A DNA stretch of 64,000 nt from the NCBI GenBank assembly GCA_965235115.1, contig OZ249451.1, positions 16,120,001-16,184,000 of the forward strand. Reading direction: 5' to 3'. Origin of the DNA: Laetmonice hystrix. Taxonomy: Eukaryota. This document shows, one piece after another, positions 63,721-64,000 of the stretch. A program made the translations under genes and the position numbers. Positions within the stretch are counted from its first letter, which is position 1, and every line of letters starts with the position of its first letter. The notes beneath the pieces were generated by a model that saw nothing but the letters and a program-made list of their open reading frames with translations, searched no databases and was not told the origin of the DNA.

Positions 63721-64000
63721 GAAACTTATGAGAGGGATACTGAGCCTGTTGATGAAACCTATGACAGGGATACAGAGCCTGTTGATGAAACCTACGACAG
63801 GGATACTGAGCCTGTTGATGAAACCTACGACAGGGATACAGAGCCTGTTGATGAAACCTATGACAGGGATACAGAGCCTGTTGATGAAACCTGTGACAGG
63901 GATACAGAACCTGTTGACGAAACCTGTGACAGGGATACTGAGCCTGTTGATGAAACCTGTGACAGGGATACAGAGCCTGTTGATGAAACCTATGACAGGG
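63721..64000 (+). repeat. 33-bp tandem repeat, open as (EPVDETYDRDT)n, runs off the window
   Basis: Unit gagcctgttgatgaaacctatgacagggataca, ~8.5 copies visible; no stop in this frame. Confidence 0.9.

Noticed and set aside
63721-64000. C/D-box snoRNA-like TGATGA inside a CCTGT..ACAGG stem
   Set aside because: The unit is only 33 nt and has no proper CTGA D box or guide region.

Overview
Animal (probably a non-insect marine invertebrate; species not determinable) genomic DNA with two N gaps (50132-50261, 63001-63136). It is not prokaryotic, and most entries in the ORF track are noise or repeat artefacts. The left 26 kb holds one minus-strand spliced gene that I reconstructed by hand from GT-AG junctions. 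It has 12 candidate coding exons (25671 to 2534, 1761 nt, 586 aa), two of them in-frame micro-exons of 24 and 21 nt. The protein carries a winged-helix-like segment and a C-terminal purine-nucleoside-phosphorylase/MTA-SAH-nucleosidase-like (PNP_UDP_1) domain. The right 38 kb is mostly mobile DNA and minisatellites: a Helentron/HINE element nested inside a copy of itself, with a ~146-bp satellite dense in CRE and E-box palindromes; two sister non-autonomous AcademH-type elements with 9-bp and 10-bp TSDs; a young 5'-truncated RNase-H LINE with a 15-bp TSD; a 3.2-kb TIR element studded with a 13-mer motif; older LINE remnants; and at least seven tandem arrays. The array at the window end reads as an acidic 11-aa protein repeat with mostly synonymous variation. 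No database searches were run; family assignments come from recalled motifs.
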